Source: an uncultured virus (IMG/VR IMGVR_UViG_3300043673_000060) (taxonomy: Duplodnaviria > Heunggongvirae > Uroviricota > Caudoviricetes). From it: DNA of 59,088 nucleotides. Each line of letters opens with the position of its first letter. The stretch's first letter is position 1. Of the stretch, positions 46,333 through 56,765 are shown piece by piece. Where the stretch lies: the IMG/VR virus record IMGVR_UViG_3300043673_000060; one strand, given 5' to 3'. The notes beneath the pieces were generated by a model that worked only from the letters and a program-made list of their open reading frames with translations, ran no database searches and was not told where the DNA came from. The position numbers and the translations under genes are program-made.

Positions 46333-47526
46333 TTAGCTGAGCGCGGGCGCGGCGGGGACGACCTGGCACAGCGTCGCCTGCTGGATCGCCTCGTACAGAG
46401 GGAAGTTGAAGAACGGTCCCGCCTGGCCACCGCCGGTGGGGAATAGCGACTCGAAGTACGGTGTAAGCACGACGGTGGGCGCCGTGGACAGACCGCGACC
46501 CGTATCGTCCACGACGATCTTGTCGATGCCCATGCGCGCCGTCGTGGCAGCGCCGGATCCGGCCGCAGACGAGTCGTAGATGACCATGCTCGGTGGCTGC
46601 ACGTAGCCGCTCCCGGGCGTCAGAATCGTAACGCCGGTCACCGAACCGCCACCGTTGAGCGTCAGCGTCCCCGTGGCCGGTGTGCCGGCACCCATGTTGG
46701 CGACGATCGCCGCCAACTTCTTCTGCACGCTCGCGGGCGGCACGACAGGGGTTGGATCGACGATGGCGATCGACGGCGGCTGCAGGTAGTTTGCGCCCGG
46801 ATCGGTAAGCAGAACACCGAGGATCTGACCGTTCGGGCCGAAGCTCGTGATGACGGCCTGCGCCTGGTGGCCGCCAGGGCCCACTTCGCCCTCGAAGATG
46901 AGGTAGCTGCTGGAACTGTAGCCGCTGCCGGGCTTTGACAGCGACAGCGAGTTGACCGCGAACGGGGGACCGTTGGGCGCCGGGTACGCGTCGCGCACCC
47001 TCGTCGCCGCGGAGCGCGACTCCTGCGGCTGCAGGCGGAGCGCGGGCGGCAGTCCGCCGATGAACGTGACGGTCGTCGTGGGCGCATTGTACGCAGTCCC
47101 GGCGAACTGTACCGCCGCCGCCTGCACGTTCATGTGCGCGCGCGCCGACGGGTATCGGTGACCAGTCCCGTCGGCGTAGTCGAGGTTTGCGTGGGCGGGG
47201 CCGCCACCGGTGAAGCTCACGATGGGAGGAAGAATGTAGTCTTCGCCAGGCGTGTTGACCGTAACCGACGCGAGCCTGGCGTTGTTCGCCATGACTGCCG
47301 CTACCGTGGCAGCCACGCTCGGACCGAAGCCAAGCTCGACGCTGCGTGTGGTCGTGGCGATCATTGTGTCACTGACCACGCGCAGGCCCATGGCGATGAG
47401 CGTGGCCGCCGGAAGCGGTACGCCAGGACCGCCGAGCGTGGCCGGGGCAGCCATGGCGGCGCCGATCGAGGCTGCGGAGGGGCCCGTGTTCACCACGGAA
47501 TAGTTGCACGTCACGAAACTAGCCAT
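46333..47526 (-). CDS. Putative virion structural protein with repeated 'V....PGSGY..PP.I' beta modules
   Basis: Four copies of the G.GY-type module found in phage structural proteins. Confidence 0.65.
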   Translation of the reverse strand: MASFVTCNYSVVNTGPSAASIGAAMAAPATLGGPGVPLPAATLIAMGLRVVSDTMIATTTRSVELGFGPSVAATVAAVMANNARLASVTVNTPGEDYILPPIVSFTGGGPAHANLDYADGTGHRYPSARAHMNVQAAAVQFAGTAYNAPTTTVTFIGGLPPALRLQPQESRSAATRVRDAYPAPNGPPFAVNSLSLSKPGSGYSSSSYLIFEGEVGPGGHQAQAVITSFGPNGQILGVLLTDPGANYLQPPSIAIVDPTPVVPPASVQKKLAAIVANMGAGTPATGTLTLNGGGSVTGVTILTPGSGYVQPPSMVIYDSSAAGSGAATTARMGIDKIVVDDTGRGLSTAPTVVLTPYFESLFPTGGGQAGPFFNFPLYEAIQQATLCQVVPAAPALS

Positions 47527-47544
47527 GGGCCAGAGCCTACCAGC

Positions 47545-48366
47545 TCACACTTGCGCCGTCGCGGGCTCGTTGGCGGGAGCGGGAGCGGTCTTGGGCTCGG
47601 CGGCGGCTGCATGGACAGCGGCGACGGGCGTGGGAGCGCTGTCGGGGGCGTCTTCCTGCTCTTCCCCCTCTTCTTCGGGGTCTGGGTCGGGGAGTCCGAC
47701 CTTGAAATGCAGTTCCTCGGTGAGGTCCGCGACCAGGTCGGCCGTCCGGTACAACTCGGGGAGCGTCTTGAGGTACGCGATCGTCTGCTCACGCTCGCCG
47801 TCCGCCCCTGCCTGCTCCGGGTCGTCGTCGTTGTCGACGGCCTCCAGCTCGTTGCAGATGGCGTCGACAAAGTTCTCGGCCCAGTACACGTCCGCCGTGT
47901 ACGTCGGCAGTGGACATGACTTACTGATCGTGTAGCGCATGCACGCCTCGGTCGCCGTGACTGGCACCTTCACGATCGCGCTGTCCTCCTTCTTCGTCGT
48001 CTCCATGACCGCCGTGACTGGCACGGCGTACACGCGGACCTCGTCGGCGTCCGCGAAGATGTCGGCCACGACGTAAGCGGGGTTCATTGGCCACGGCCGT
48101 CCGCGCGCGACGATGACGGGCGTAAGATCCTCCATCATCGCCTTCAGCTCCGCAGATCTCTGGGCGTCCGTGATCGTCTTCCACTCCGGCGAGGACGACC
48201 GGATCGTCAGCTTCGTGGATACGTCCATGGACGTGTAGCGGGCCACCCAGACAAAGTTCTGCGTGCGGCGCACATCGCTCACGTCCACGTTAGCCTGGTC
48301 CTCGATGGCCTCCCGGATCTGGGCCAATGTCATGCTCGCGCGCTCGATCTTCTGCTCGTCCGCCAT
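47545..48366 (-). CDS. Acidic hypothetical protein
   Basis: 273 aa; GGAGG RBS. Confidence 0.65.
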   Translation of the reverse strand: MADEQKIERASMTLAQIREAIEDQANVDVSDVRRTQNFVWVARYTSMDVSTKLTIRSSSPEWKTITDAQRSAELKAMMEDLTPVIVARGRPWPMNPAYVVADIFADADEVRVYAVPVTAVMETTKKEDSAIVKVPVTATEACMRYTISKSCPLPTYTADVYWAENFVDAICNELEAVDNDDDPEQAGADGEREQTIAYLKTLPELYRTADLVADLTEELHFKVGLPDPDPEEEGEEQEDAPDSAPTPVAAVHAAAAEPKTAPAPANEPATAQV

Positions 48367-48477
48367 CGAAGCCTCCTGTTTTCCGCCGCTACGCTGGAAG
48401 CATAACTACGACCAGGCTGGTTGAAGCGCAAGGGGCTCGTTGAGAGGCCGATTTCTTGCTAGAATTCCAGGCGGAAC

Positions 48478-48783
48478 ATGAACTGGAACTGGGAAAGCTC
48501 GCCGCAATATTTGGCCCAGGTGGGCCACACCCTCGGCGGCGCCCTCGTCGTCTTCGTGGCTGGCGTCTTCTGGGGCGAGCACGGTGCGCTCTTGGCGCTC
48601 GGCATCGGCCTCGCGGTCGCAGCCATCAAGGAATTTCTGCTCGACGTCGCGTCGCCGCCGTACGGCGAGGGGGACTCCTGGTCCGACTCGCTGATGGACT
48701 TCGCCTTCTATGTCATCGGCGGCTGCGCCGGCTTCGGATTGTTCGTGCTCGCCATGTACGAACACGCGCTGACGACGGCCTAA
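48478..48783 (+). CDS. Small multi-TM membrane protein
   Basis: Three hydrophobic helices with H..G..KE..D..D pattern. Confidence 0.6.
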   Translation: MNWNWESSPQYLAQVGHTLGGALVVFVAGVFWGEHGALLALGIGLAVAAIKEFLLDVASPPYGEGDSWSDSLMDFAFYVIGGCAGFGLFVLAMYEHALTTA

Positions 48784-49061
48784 ACCTTCGCCAACAGCAC
48801 CACTACCAGCGCCATAACGACCACGGTCACGACCGCGAGCGCGAACAGAAACCGCCGCACGCGCCGGTCAGCCGCCTTTACGATGTCCGGCTTCGTCGGC
48901 TGCTCGGCCGCCCAGATCGCGTCGACACGACGTGCCGGAATCTTTACCGTCGCGCGCGATTCTTCGCGTATGTAGAGCTTCGCCACGCTTTCGGCGACGG
49001 TGCCGGCGCCACCGCAGAGATGGCACCCACCTTTACACGATGGGCAGGTGACGCGCGGCAT
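48780..49061 (-). CDS. DnaJ-type zinc-finger membrane protein
   Basis: CPSCKG..CHLCGGAG plus C-terminal TM. Confidence 0.6.
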   Translation of the reverse strand: MPRVTCPSCKGGCHLCGGAGTVAESVAKLYIREESRATVKIPARRVDAIWAAEQPTKPDIVKAADRRVRRFLFALAVVTVVVMALVVVLLAKV

Positions 49062-49094
49062 GCGGGAAGTCTAGCGCGTACCGGTCGTCAGGGC

Positions 49095-49162
49095 TGACCG
49101 TTCGCCCTTCTTGGGGAAGTTGAGCGCGGCAAACTCACCGAAGTGCTCGCGGGCGGCGGCGC
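49095..49162 (-). pseudogene. Remnant of an AP2 DNA-binding domain (HNH-AP2 endonuclease C-terminus)
   Basis: Translates as AAAREHFGEFAALNFP; no intact ORF upstream. Confidence 0.55.
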
Positions 49163-49221
49163 ATCCTACGCACTGGATCGCTCGTACAATCAAGCGCCAG
49201 AGTCCGCGTTATGCACGTCGC

Positions 49222-51483
49222 TCAGTTTCGGCGCCTTTTTGCCGCTGTCGATCTTTCGTTGCCCAGAATCGAGTACCAACTGTCTGTGGTAAGTACGACG
49301 TGGTCGATCAGTGTGCACTCACCCTCGAACGGCTTGAGAGCCTCCTGAATGTCCTTCGTGAGTTGCCTGTCCGCGGCGCTGGGCTTGCTCGAATTGTTCG
49401 ACGGGTGTGCGTGAGCGATCACGGCACCTTCGCACCCGGTCAGCAAGATGGGCCGCATCACGTCCTGGATGCCCACGCTCACCTTGGAGCGCTGCCCTCG
49501 GGCGACCTCGAATACGCCACGCAGGTGGCCATGCAGGTCCAAGCAGACGACGACGAATACCTCCTGGTCGTTTTTCCCAAGCTCACCGGCAAGCAGGTCG
49601 AACACCTGCTGCGGCGTCTCGATGGGACCAATAGCTTTCGCCTTCTCCATGCGCTTCTCGTAATCCGCGGTGTCGCGTTCGACGCGCAGCCATGGCACGC
49701 ACGTGCCGTCGCTGCAGGGTGCCTTGTCAACCTTCTGCTCTATGGTCACCGTTTCGCCAGTCGGATGCCTTTCGCACGCCTCGTGCGCCGCGCACGGAGC
49801 GCATTCCTCTGCTGCTGGCGGCTCCGCGCTGGCCGCCGTCTTCGCCCCCTGGTCGACGAGAATCTTCCTCGCATCCGGCCCCAACCGGCTCACCGTCTTC
49901 TTGTCGCCCGAGACGTGCCACTTGCCACGCCGGTGGTACAGCTCGCGCTTCTCGTAGCCTTTTTTCCCCACGGGACGACGCTTGTAGATGTCGTACTTCG
50001 ATCCGCGCTCCGCGATGTACCGGAAGCCCTCGGTGTATGCGTGCTGTTCGGCCGCGTTGACGGTCTTGAAATCCTCCTCCGCCGTCACCACCGTCGCCGT
50101 CTCGCTCTTGGTCACAGTCTCCGTTGTGCTCACGGCCGCAGCGACGACCACGGGGTCTTCATGCAGGACGGGGACGCGTTCGGAGGCGCTCGAATCTCGA
50201 TGACCATCTCCCCCCGGAGATTCCGCCGCCCTCTGCCCCTCCCGCGGCTGGTGCCTTCTAGCCGCGCCCATCGCCGCGCCCATGTTGCCGTGCACGCCTA
50301 GGTCTTCCTCGTGGCCGTCGTGCACGTAGTACGCATGGACGTTGTCGTCGCCCTCGGGCACGAGCTTGTACTCGGCATTGCCGAAGGTCTTGGCGTGCCA
50401 CGCGCCGTCGCGCTGCTTCCAGTTGAGCGCGCCGGAGGGACCGCCGTCTTCGCGGGCGGCGGGAGGGGCGGAGCGGGGCCACGGGGCGCGCTCTGGCTCC
50501 TTCTTCGACGACTCGGCCGCTTCCGACGCCTTCGGCCGCGACTCGCGCGACTCGTTGACGCCCTTCCGTTCGAGCGGCTCGCCGTGGACCTTGCCGTCCT
50601 GCACGTACAGGTCGAACGTCCCGTACTTCTCCGCCGCCTCGGTCAGGCGGTCGCCAACAGCGCCGAGACCGCGATCCCAGAAGCCCGCGCCGTGCTCGTT
50701 GCGCGTGAGCCAGAAGTCGAACCCGGCGCTGTGCGCGTTGTAGTGGCGGCCATCCACGAACACGTCGGCGTTGTACGCCTTGTCCAGGTCCTTCTCGTTG
50801 TCGCGCTGGAACTTCGCGCAATCGCGGCGCATCTGCTCCAGCGTGTCGTCGGCGATATGGTCGACGCCGTACTTGTCGTCGAGCGGATCGCCACCGTTGT
50901 CGCGACTGTTGTCCGTCGATGACCAGAGCGAAGCTACCGCGTAGCCGGACGTGAAGCTGTCGAGGCCTCTACGCTTGTAGTCCTCGCGCGACATCCGCCG
51001 TGGCTTCCGGCGTGAGAGCCTGCGCTCGCCGCGCTCTGCGGCCCCGCCGTCCGGCCAGATGCGTTCGCCGGTGGCGTTGATGAACGTGTCGGCGCTGTAC
51101 GTGGCTGTGTACGGCCCCTGACCTGCCTCCCGCACGTCTCTGCCAGCCCGCTCGCTGTTGCCGGCCCCGCGCTGGATCATCAGCTCGCTGTACTCCCGGT
51201 GCGCCATGCGCTGCGCCAGGGCTTCGCGGGTGGCGGGGGAGAAATGGGCGCCCGGGAACTCGCGGGAGTAGTCCTTCGCGGCGCGATCGATCCAGTACAA
51301 CCAGAGCTTGGGCGCCTTCGCCGGATCGTACGTGCCCTTGTCCAGCCTGCGCTCGATGTTCTGCAGGATCGCCTGCTTCTGCGGGTACAACTCGGCGGTG
51401 TTGTTCGCAAAAAGGTCGAGTTCTTCGAGTTCGACTTCGTTGACGGGCTCGCGGTGCCTGGTCTCTTCGGCCATGTACGACAT
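49222..51483 (-). CDS. Polyvalent multidomain protein with C-terminal RadC-like JAB domain
   Basis: QEVFVVVCLD and HAHPS....PSAADRQLT..LIDHVV match RadC/JAB; several unassigned N-terminal domains. Confidence 0.8.
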   Translation of the reverse strand: MSYMAEETRHREPVNEVELEELDLFANNTAELYPQKQAILQNIERRLDKGTYDPAKAPKLWLYWIDRAAKDYSREFPGAHFSPATREALAQRMAHREYSELMIQRGAGNSERAGRDVREAGQGPYTATYSADTFINATGERIWPDGGAAERGERRLSRRKPRRMSREDYKRRGLDSFTSGYAVASLWSSTDNSRDNGGDPLDDKYGVDHIADDTLEQMRRDCAKFQRDNEKDLDKAYNADVFVDGRHYNAHSAGFDFWLTRNEHGAGFWDRGLGAVGDRLTEAAEKYGTFDLYVQDGKVHGEPLERKGVNESRESRPKASEAAESSKKEPERAPWPRSAPPAAREDGGPSGALNWKQRDGAWHAKTFGNAEYKLVPEGDDNVHAYYVHDGHEEDLGVHGNMGAAMGAARRHQPREGQRAAESPGGDGHRDSSASERVPVLHEDPVVVAAAVSTTETVTKSETATVVTAEEDFKTVNAAEQHAYTEGFRYIAERGSKYDIYKRRPVGKKGYEKRELYHRRGKWHVSGDKKTVSRLGPDARKILVDQGAKTAASAEPPAAEECAPCAAHEACERHPTGETVTIEQKVDKAPCSDGTCVPWLRVERDTADYEKRMEKAKAIGPIETPQQVFDLLAGELGKNDQEVFVVVCLDLHGHLRGVFEVARGQRSKVSVGIQDVMRPILLTGCEGAVIAHAHPSNNSSKPSAADRQLTKDIQEALKPFEGECTLIDHVVLTTDSWYSILGNERSTAAKRRRN

Positions 51484-51561
51484 GGCGGCAGTCTACCGCA
51501 GGTTTGGCCGGCCGTCTTTCCTCGTCTACAGCGCCCAGTGCAAGCTTGTCGTCGAGGTCCA

Positions 51562-52053
51562 TCAGTACGGTTCCAGCCACGCCGAGCAATCGGGGCAGAG
51601 TTTTGTCTCGCGCGGGTGATCGGGCGCATCCGGCCCCATCGGCCAGCCGACCTTGCACCGGCCGTCGCACGCCACGCAGATGTGCGACGTGTCGCCGCAC
51701 TTTTTGCACATGTCCCGCGCGATGCAGTGCGGGAGCGAATCGCCGATGTCCTTCAGCATGCCGCGCACCGTCACGAGCGTTTCCGCGTCGTCCGGATCGA
51801 CGGAGTCGCGTTTCGCCTCGAACAACGCCCACGCGAGCGAACGAATAATGGCCTCGACGTGCCGCTTGTCGCGCGGCATCGCAAAGCGGTACGTGCCGCC
51901 GACCGTGATCGTGCAGCCGTCGCCGCCCCAGCCGACGCCGACGCGGCGCAGATTTGGAAGCTCCGCGTCTTCAACGTCTCTGGCTGCTCGTTTTGCGTCG
52001 TCGCCGAGCTTGTGCAACTGCGCGACGAGGTTGCGGCGGTCTCCGTGTCTCAT
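51562..52053 (-). CDS. Hypothetical protein with Cys-rich C-terminus
   Basis: Several CxxC motifs. Confidence 0.55.
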   Translation of the reverse strand: MRHGDRRNLVAQLHKLGDDAKRAARDVEDAELPNLRRVGVGWGGDGCTITVGGTYRFAMPRDKRHVEAIIRSLAWALFEAKRDSVDPDDAETLVTVRGMLKDIGDSLPHCIARDMCKKCGDTSHICVACDGRCKVGWPMGPDAPDHPRETKLCPDCSAWLEPY

Positions 52054-52471
52054 CGTTACTTCTCCTTGCCATCGCGATTGAACGCGCGTCCTCTACCTCT
52101 CGCTCGACAGCATCACTGGCTTGCCCACCTCGGCCGCGAGCCACGTGACGCCGCTGACGACGGCATCGCGTACGCGGCCGTTGCGCTCGACCTTGAGCAC
52201 CAGCTGGTGGTCGCCGCGGTCGGGGCGGTCGATCTTTTCGAGGACGATCCAGGATTCCAAGTCAATCCTCCATGTTCGGAGACTTTGACGCGCTACTTCG
52301 CCTTCGGTTTGCTGATCGCCCCGAGCGTGACGCCCTTGGCGGCCACCATGGTCTTCACCATGGGCATCGAGAGCAGCAATTGCAGCTCGGCCGCTTTCTT
52401 GGACGCCTCGGCCTCCGTAGCCGCTTGGATCGTGCCGGTGATCGTAATCTCGTACGTGGCCATGATGTCTC

Positions 52472-52852
52472 CTACTTGATGACCGTGAACTCGATGTCGT
52501 CCTCGCCGGGCCCGCTCGCGCCGCTGTAGTTGATGACGATCTCTTCGCCTTCCGAAATAGGCCGCACCGCGTAGAACCGGATCGTCTGCGAGCGTCTGCG
52601 CGTCGTCCATGACGCGTTCGGCGTGTACGAATGGTTGTACAGCGAGCCGGCTCCCAGAGCGATGGCGCACTTGCCGTAGAACTCGTACGCCCACTCCTGG
52701 TACGGATAGTCCTCGCGGCTCGCCCACGGTCGGTTGCCGACGAGCAGCACGTGGCAGATTTCGATCGTCTCGCCACGATCGAAGTCGCGACGTGCGTAGA
52801 CCGCGCGGCCCTTGCGGTTGCGACGGACGGCGATCTGGTCGACGGCGCTCAC
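52472..52852 (-). CDS. SET-domain lysine methyltransferase
   Basis: KGRAVYARRD..GE, SLYNHSYTPN and GEEIVINY motifs. Confidence 0.88.
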   Translation of the reverse strand: MSAVDQIAVRRNRKGRAVYARRDFDRGETIEICHVLLVGNRPWASREDYPYQEWAYEFYGKCAIALGAGSLYNHSYTPNASWTTRRRSQTIRFYAVRPISEGEEIVINYSGASGPGEDDIEFTVIK

Positions 52853-53292
52853 CGCTGCACCATGTCCACGATGGCCTTGTACGCGTCCTCGTGGTCGCCG
52901 TACACCGCCGTCGTCAGCGACGTGAAGATCGTGCGGTCGACGTTGTCGCCGGACACGATCGTGTGCGGCTTGCCGCTCTGGCCGTCGGTGGCTTGGTTGC
53001 GCGTCATGCCCCAGGTGATCGCGGCGCCGAGTTCGACCCAGGCGCCGATGGTGGACCCGGACGGCAGCAAGAGCCAGAAGATGTCGGCATCGCGGACGCC
53101 TTCGAGGTCCACGAGCGCATATTCCAGGCGCTGGGCCGGGGTGAGGCCGACGTTGGCCAGACCGCCGCTCGCCTCGATGTCGGCGACCCAGTCGTGCGTA
53201 ATCTCCGCGCCCGCCTTGCGCAGCCGCTCGATGTACTTGGCCACCTCGGCGCGCTCGGCGCTGGCGCCCGCGACGTAGACTCGGGGCGTCAT
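52849..53292 (-). CDS. Nucleoside 2-deoxyribosyltransferase-like protein
   Basis: VYVAG..D..GV..AD..S.GAWVELGAA pattern. Confidence 0.7.
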   Translation of the reverse strand: MTPRVYVAGASAERAEVAKYIERLRKAGAEITHDWVADIEASGGLANVGLTPAQRLEYALVDLEGVRDADIFWLLLPSGSTIGAWVELGAAITWGMTRNQATDGQSGKPHTIVSGDNVDRTIFTSLTTAVYGDHEDAYKAIVDMVQR

Positions 53293-53359
53293 CGCCTCCC
53301 CTCGTCCGTGACAGACTCTTCGGGCGTCAGCTCGGAGTCCGGGTACATCGGGATCTCGC

Positions 53360-53794
53360 TCACGGCGTCAGCCTTCGCACCATCGTCGTCGCGTGCTTCA
53401 CGTTCTTGCGCTTGCTACGTGGAATGTACTTACCACGCGTGAACCGACGGCGCGCGTTTGCTACCTTTCGCGACACGCTCGGCGACAAGGAGTAGTCGCC
53501 CGGTGCCATGATGCCGCTGCGGTCGAACGACACAATCTCCTTCTGGAGCGCGCCAGTCAGTGCGTACCGTACGAGCCTACCGTCGTACTGGAGCCACGCG
53601 GTCGTCTTGAAAAAGTATGCTGCCTTCACGCCCGGGTCGATGCGACGGCAGGCCAACGCGAACGCGCAGCACTGCGGATCCTTCACGATGCCGCGCGCCG
53701 TGTCCTTTTTTGTCACGGTAATGTCCAGCGGCTTGCGTGCGCTCACGCGGCGCAAGCCCAGTTCGTTCGCCATCTTGTCCAGGTAAGTCGTCAT
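53360..53794 (-). CDS. Hypothetical protein
   Basis: 144-aa basic ORF coupled to neighbouring genes. Confidence 0.6.
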   Translation of the reverse strand: MTTYLDKMANELGLRRVSARKPLDITVTKKDTARGIVKDPQCCAFALACRRIDPGVKAAYFFKTTAWLQYDGRLVRYALTGALQKEIVSFDRSGIMAPGDYSLSPSVSRKVANARRRFTRGKYIPRSKRKNVKHATTMVRRLTP

Positions 53795-54436
53795 GTCGGC
53801 CTTCGTTTGTTTGCGCCAAGTGAATCGACCGCGGGCGCTCCCGCCGGCTCCTCCTTGTCGAATTCGCCGCGACGAAGCCGGACGCGCGACAGCAGACGCG
53901 ACTCCTCGAAGTGTCCCCCGGTGCGCAGTTTACTGCGCCACACACGCACCGGCGCATGATGCCGCGTCACCTGGTGCGTCACCACGAACTGCATCGTGGG
54001 CGCCACGTAGCCCAGGCGCTTCGCCGTCACGAACGCCGCGCCGAGCGCACGTCCGTTGGGCGGACGCGAAAGCCCGCTCGACCAGAGATCGTCGGAGATC
54101 AGGAACGAATGCGTCGCAGCGAGCGCCTTGATGGCCGCGAGCGCCTCGCCCTGCCACGCGGCGCCGGAGCCAACCTCGGCGTTGGCGACGCCTCGGTCTC
54201 GTCCGATCTCGCTGGCGACAGGATCGATGGTGCGTGCCTGCGTGTTGTCGATGTCGGTCATGCTCTCCTCGCCCTCCAGTACCTGCTCGCATCGTCCAGT
54301 TTGACCTGGACGATCTTGTCGTCGACCTTGAGCTGCAGGTGCGGCACCGGGTCGACGGTGGCGCCCACGATGATGCCGGACGTGCCGACGGGCACGGTTT
54401 CGTTGCGGTAGACGCAGTCGAGGATGACGTTCTTGC

Positions 54437-55087
54437 TCATCGTTGCACGCCAATCACGCGTCCGATGGGCGAAAACATGATCTCGAAGCGCTCCTGGTAC
54501 TCCTGCGGGCCCAGAAGCACAATGCAGCTCGCGTGCGGCGGCGCAGTGCCGACCTTGCCACCAGGCTTCACGTACGACACGCGCTTCGATGGGAAGCAGA
54601 TCGGGAAGTCCAGCGGGATCGGAAGACCCACAGGCGTGTCGTTTTGCGTGGTCTGCAGCAGTTCCACGCTGAAGCACACGAAGATGGCCGCCTCGACGCG
54701 CTGCAGGGTGTACTCCCGCGCAGCCTTGAACCACCACTTCTTCTGGCTCGACTCGATGCCCTCGTGCGTGTGCGGTACGGCGAGGCCGCACCCGCCCGTT
54801 TCGCGGCACTTGATCTTCACGGGGCGCTGCTGGTCGTCCGACAAGCCTCCGGGCGGGTTGAGCAGCACTCTGCCCCACCACGGACGCACGAAGCCGTCTT
54901 CCTCGGCCGTGAAGATCCTCGACGCGCGGATCCACGCGTTCGCCTCGACGCACGATGCGGGGTCGAGATCGATAGATCCGCCGAGCGTCGCGCGCGCTGC
55001 GTCGACGAGCCACGCTGGCGTGAAGTGCTCCGCGCTCTCCGACGAGTGGCGCGCCGCCGTGACGAGTTTGTCGAGGGCGTCGTTCAC
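54437..55087 (-). CDS. Phage-type DNA N6-adenine methyltransferase-like protein
   Basis: EHFTP..IDLDPASC..DG...W.GRVLLNPP motifs (NPPG variant). Confidence 0.7.
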   Translation of the reverse strand: MNDALDKLVTAARHSSESAEHFTPAWLVDAARATLGGSIDLDPASCVEANAWIRASRIFTAEEDGFVRPWWGRVLLNPPGGLSDDQQRPVKIKCRETGGCGLAVPHTHEGIESSQKKWWFKAAREYTLQRVEAAIFVCFSVELLQTTQNDTPVGLPIPLDFPICFPSKRVSYVKPGGKVGTAPPHASCIVLLGPQEYQERFEIMFSPIGRVIGVQR

Positions 55088-55382
55088 GGCGAGCCCACCA
55101 GCTTGGCCACCAAGAAATCGAGCATGGCGCCGTACTTCTTGTGCTCGCGATCGAGGCAGCAGTTGAGGCTCTCGTTGTGCGAGGCGCAATCGCTCTCGTG
55201 AGACGGGCCAAGCAGCGCCCACGCCTCGTCGACCTTGCGCTGGTCGCGGGGCTTGGCGTTGCATGCTTCACTGAACGCCACGTTGGCAGCCTCGCCACGC
55301 GAGACCCATTCGCGCATGGCGGCGTCCAGGGCGGCGCGTACGGCGTCGGCGTCGCGCGGCGCGCTCACGGGGTTGACGTCGA

Positions 55383-56249
55383 TCACAGTGCCTCCTCCGG
55401 CTCTTCCTTCGCTCCCATTGCCCAACGCAGCGCGGCCACGGCGACCTTCGCGCTCGCCTTCGCGAGGCATTCCAGTTCGCCAATCTTCTCCTCGATGACC
55501 TTCGCGCTGCGTCGCGCCGGCTTGTCGCCAAGGATCTCGCGCGCCTTGGCGGCGTTCGAGCGACGCTTCTTGCCTTCCGCCTTCGGCGCCTCCACGGCCA
55601 GTTGGTCGACGAGCCTCTTCTGCTCGCTGGGCTCCATGCCCTTCATCTTGTAGCCGTCGCTGGCGGGCAGCTCGCCGCTGTCGATCTTGCGCTGGATGTC
55701 CCTGGGCAGATCGAGCAGCGACGTCGTGTTCTTCACCGTCGCCGCGCCCACGCCGAACATCTTCCCCACGTGCGCCTCGTCGCGGCCGAGGTCGAGCATG
55801 CGCTGCATCTTGCGCGCGCGATTCATGGGCGAATCGGCCGCGCGCTGCTCGTTTTCCGACGTCAGGATGTCGAACAGCTCGGCCGCTTCCCCGCGCTTGA
55901 CCGTCGCCGGAATCCACCGCGGCTCGGCGCCCTTCGCCCGCAAGCGCCTGTTGGCCTCGCGGTTGTTGATGATGCGCCTGCGGCCGGCGACGCACTCGAT
56001 GTCGCCCGTTTCCGGGTTGCGGCGCACCGTGATCGGCGTGTGCACACCGATGGCCATGATGTTGAGGACCATGGACTCCACGGGCTTCTCGAACACGCGC
56101 TCGTCGAACAGCGCGGAGCCGCGGTCCTCGACCAGTACGATCTTGTCCGGGTCGAGCAGGAAGCTGTCCTTCTTGCCCTCGTGCTGGCCCCCGAGCGCAT
56201 CCTTGACGCGCTTGCCGCTCGCGGCCTTCTTTTTCGTCGCTGCGCTCAC
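55383..56249 (-). CDS. ParB/Srx-like protein
   Basis: GVHTPITVR..VAGRRR..ENEQR plus an HTH-like region. Confidence 0.75.
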   Translation of the reverse strand: MSAATKKKAASGKRVKDALGGQHEGKKDSFLLDPDKIVLVEDRGSALFDERVFEKPVESMVLNIMAIGVHTPITVRRNPETGDIECVAGRRRIINNREANRRLRAKGAEPRWIPATVKRGEAAELFDILTSENEQRAADSPMNRARKMQRMLDLGRDEAHVGKMFGVGAATVKNTTSLLDLPRDIQRKIDSGELPASDGYKMKGMEPSEQKRLVDQLAVEAPKAEGKKRRSNAAKAREILGDKPARRSAKVIEEKIGELECLAKASAKVAVAALRWAMGAKEEPEEAL

Positions 56250-56765
56250 ACCCGTCCGCCCTTCAGGTTCCGCTCGTCCTCGCGCTTGTGGCGTACCTGC
56301 GCGCACCAGCCCGCGATCCGGTTCTTCGGCACATCGAAGTGTGCCGCGACATCGTCGAGCGACATGCCGAGTTCGTAACGCATGCGAAATGCCTCCTCCA
56401 TGTGCGGCGACGCGACGCCGATCCCTTTCGGGGCCGACGTACGGCGATAATCGCTCGCCGTTTTCGTCGTCTCCGTGGTCGGCGCACAGGTCTCCTTGGG
56501 CCTGTACGGCTCGTGACCGTCCGCGTGGCGCACCAGACGGGCCCCACGAGAGCCCTTTGCGAGCGCAGCCACGGTGAACGAGGCGTTTCGGCCGCTCACG
56601 AGCACGCCGTACGCGCGAAGCTCACCGTTTTCGTCGCGTTCGACGCGCTGCACGGTGAACTCGACGCGGATTCTGTTGATGTTGAGCACCGACCACTGCT
56701 GGTCGACGGACACGCTTTGCACGATCCCACCTCCGAACGCTGCGCTGACAGCGGTTTCCGTAGCC

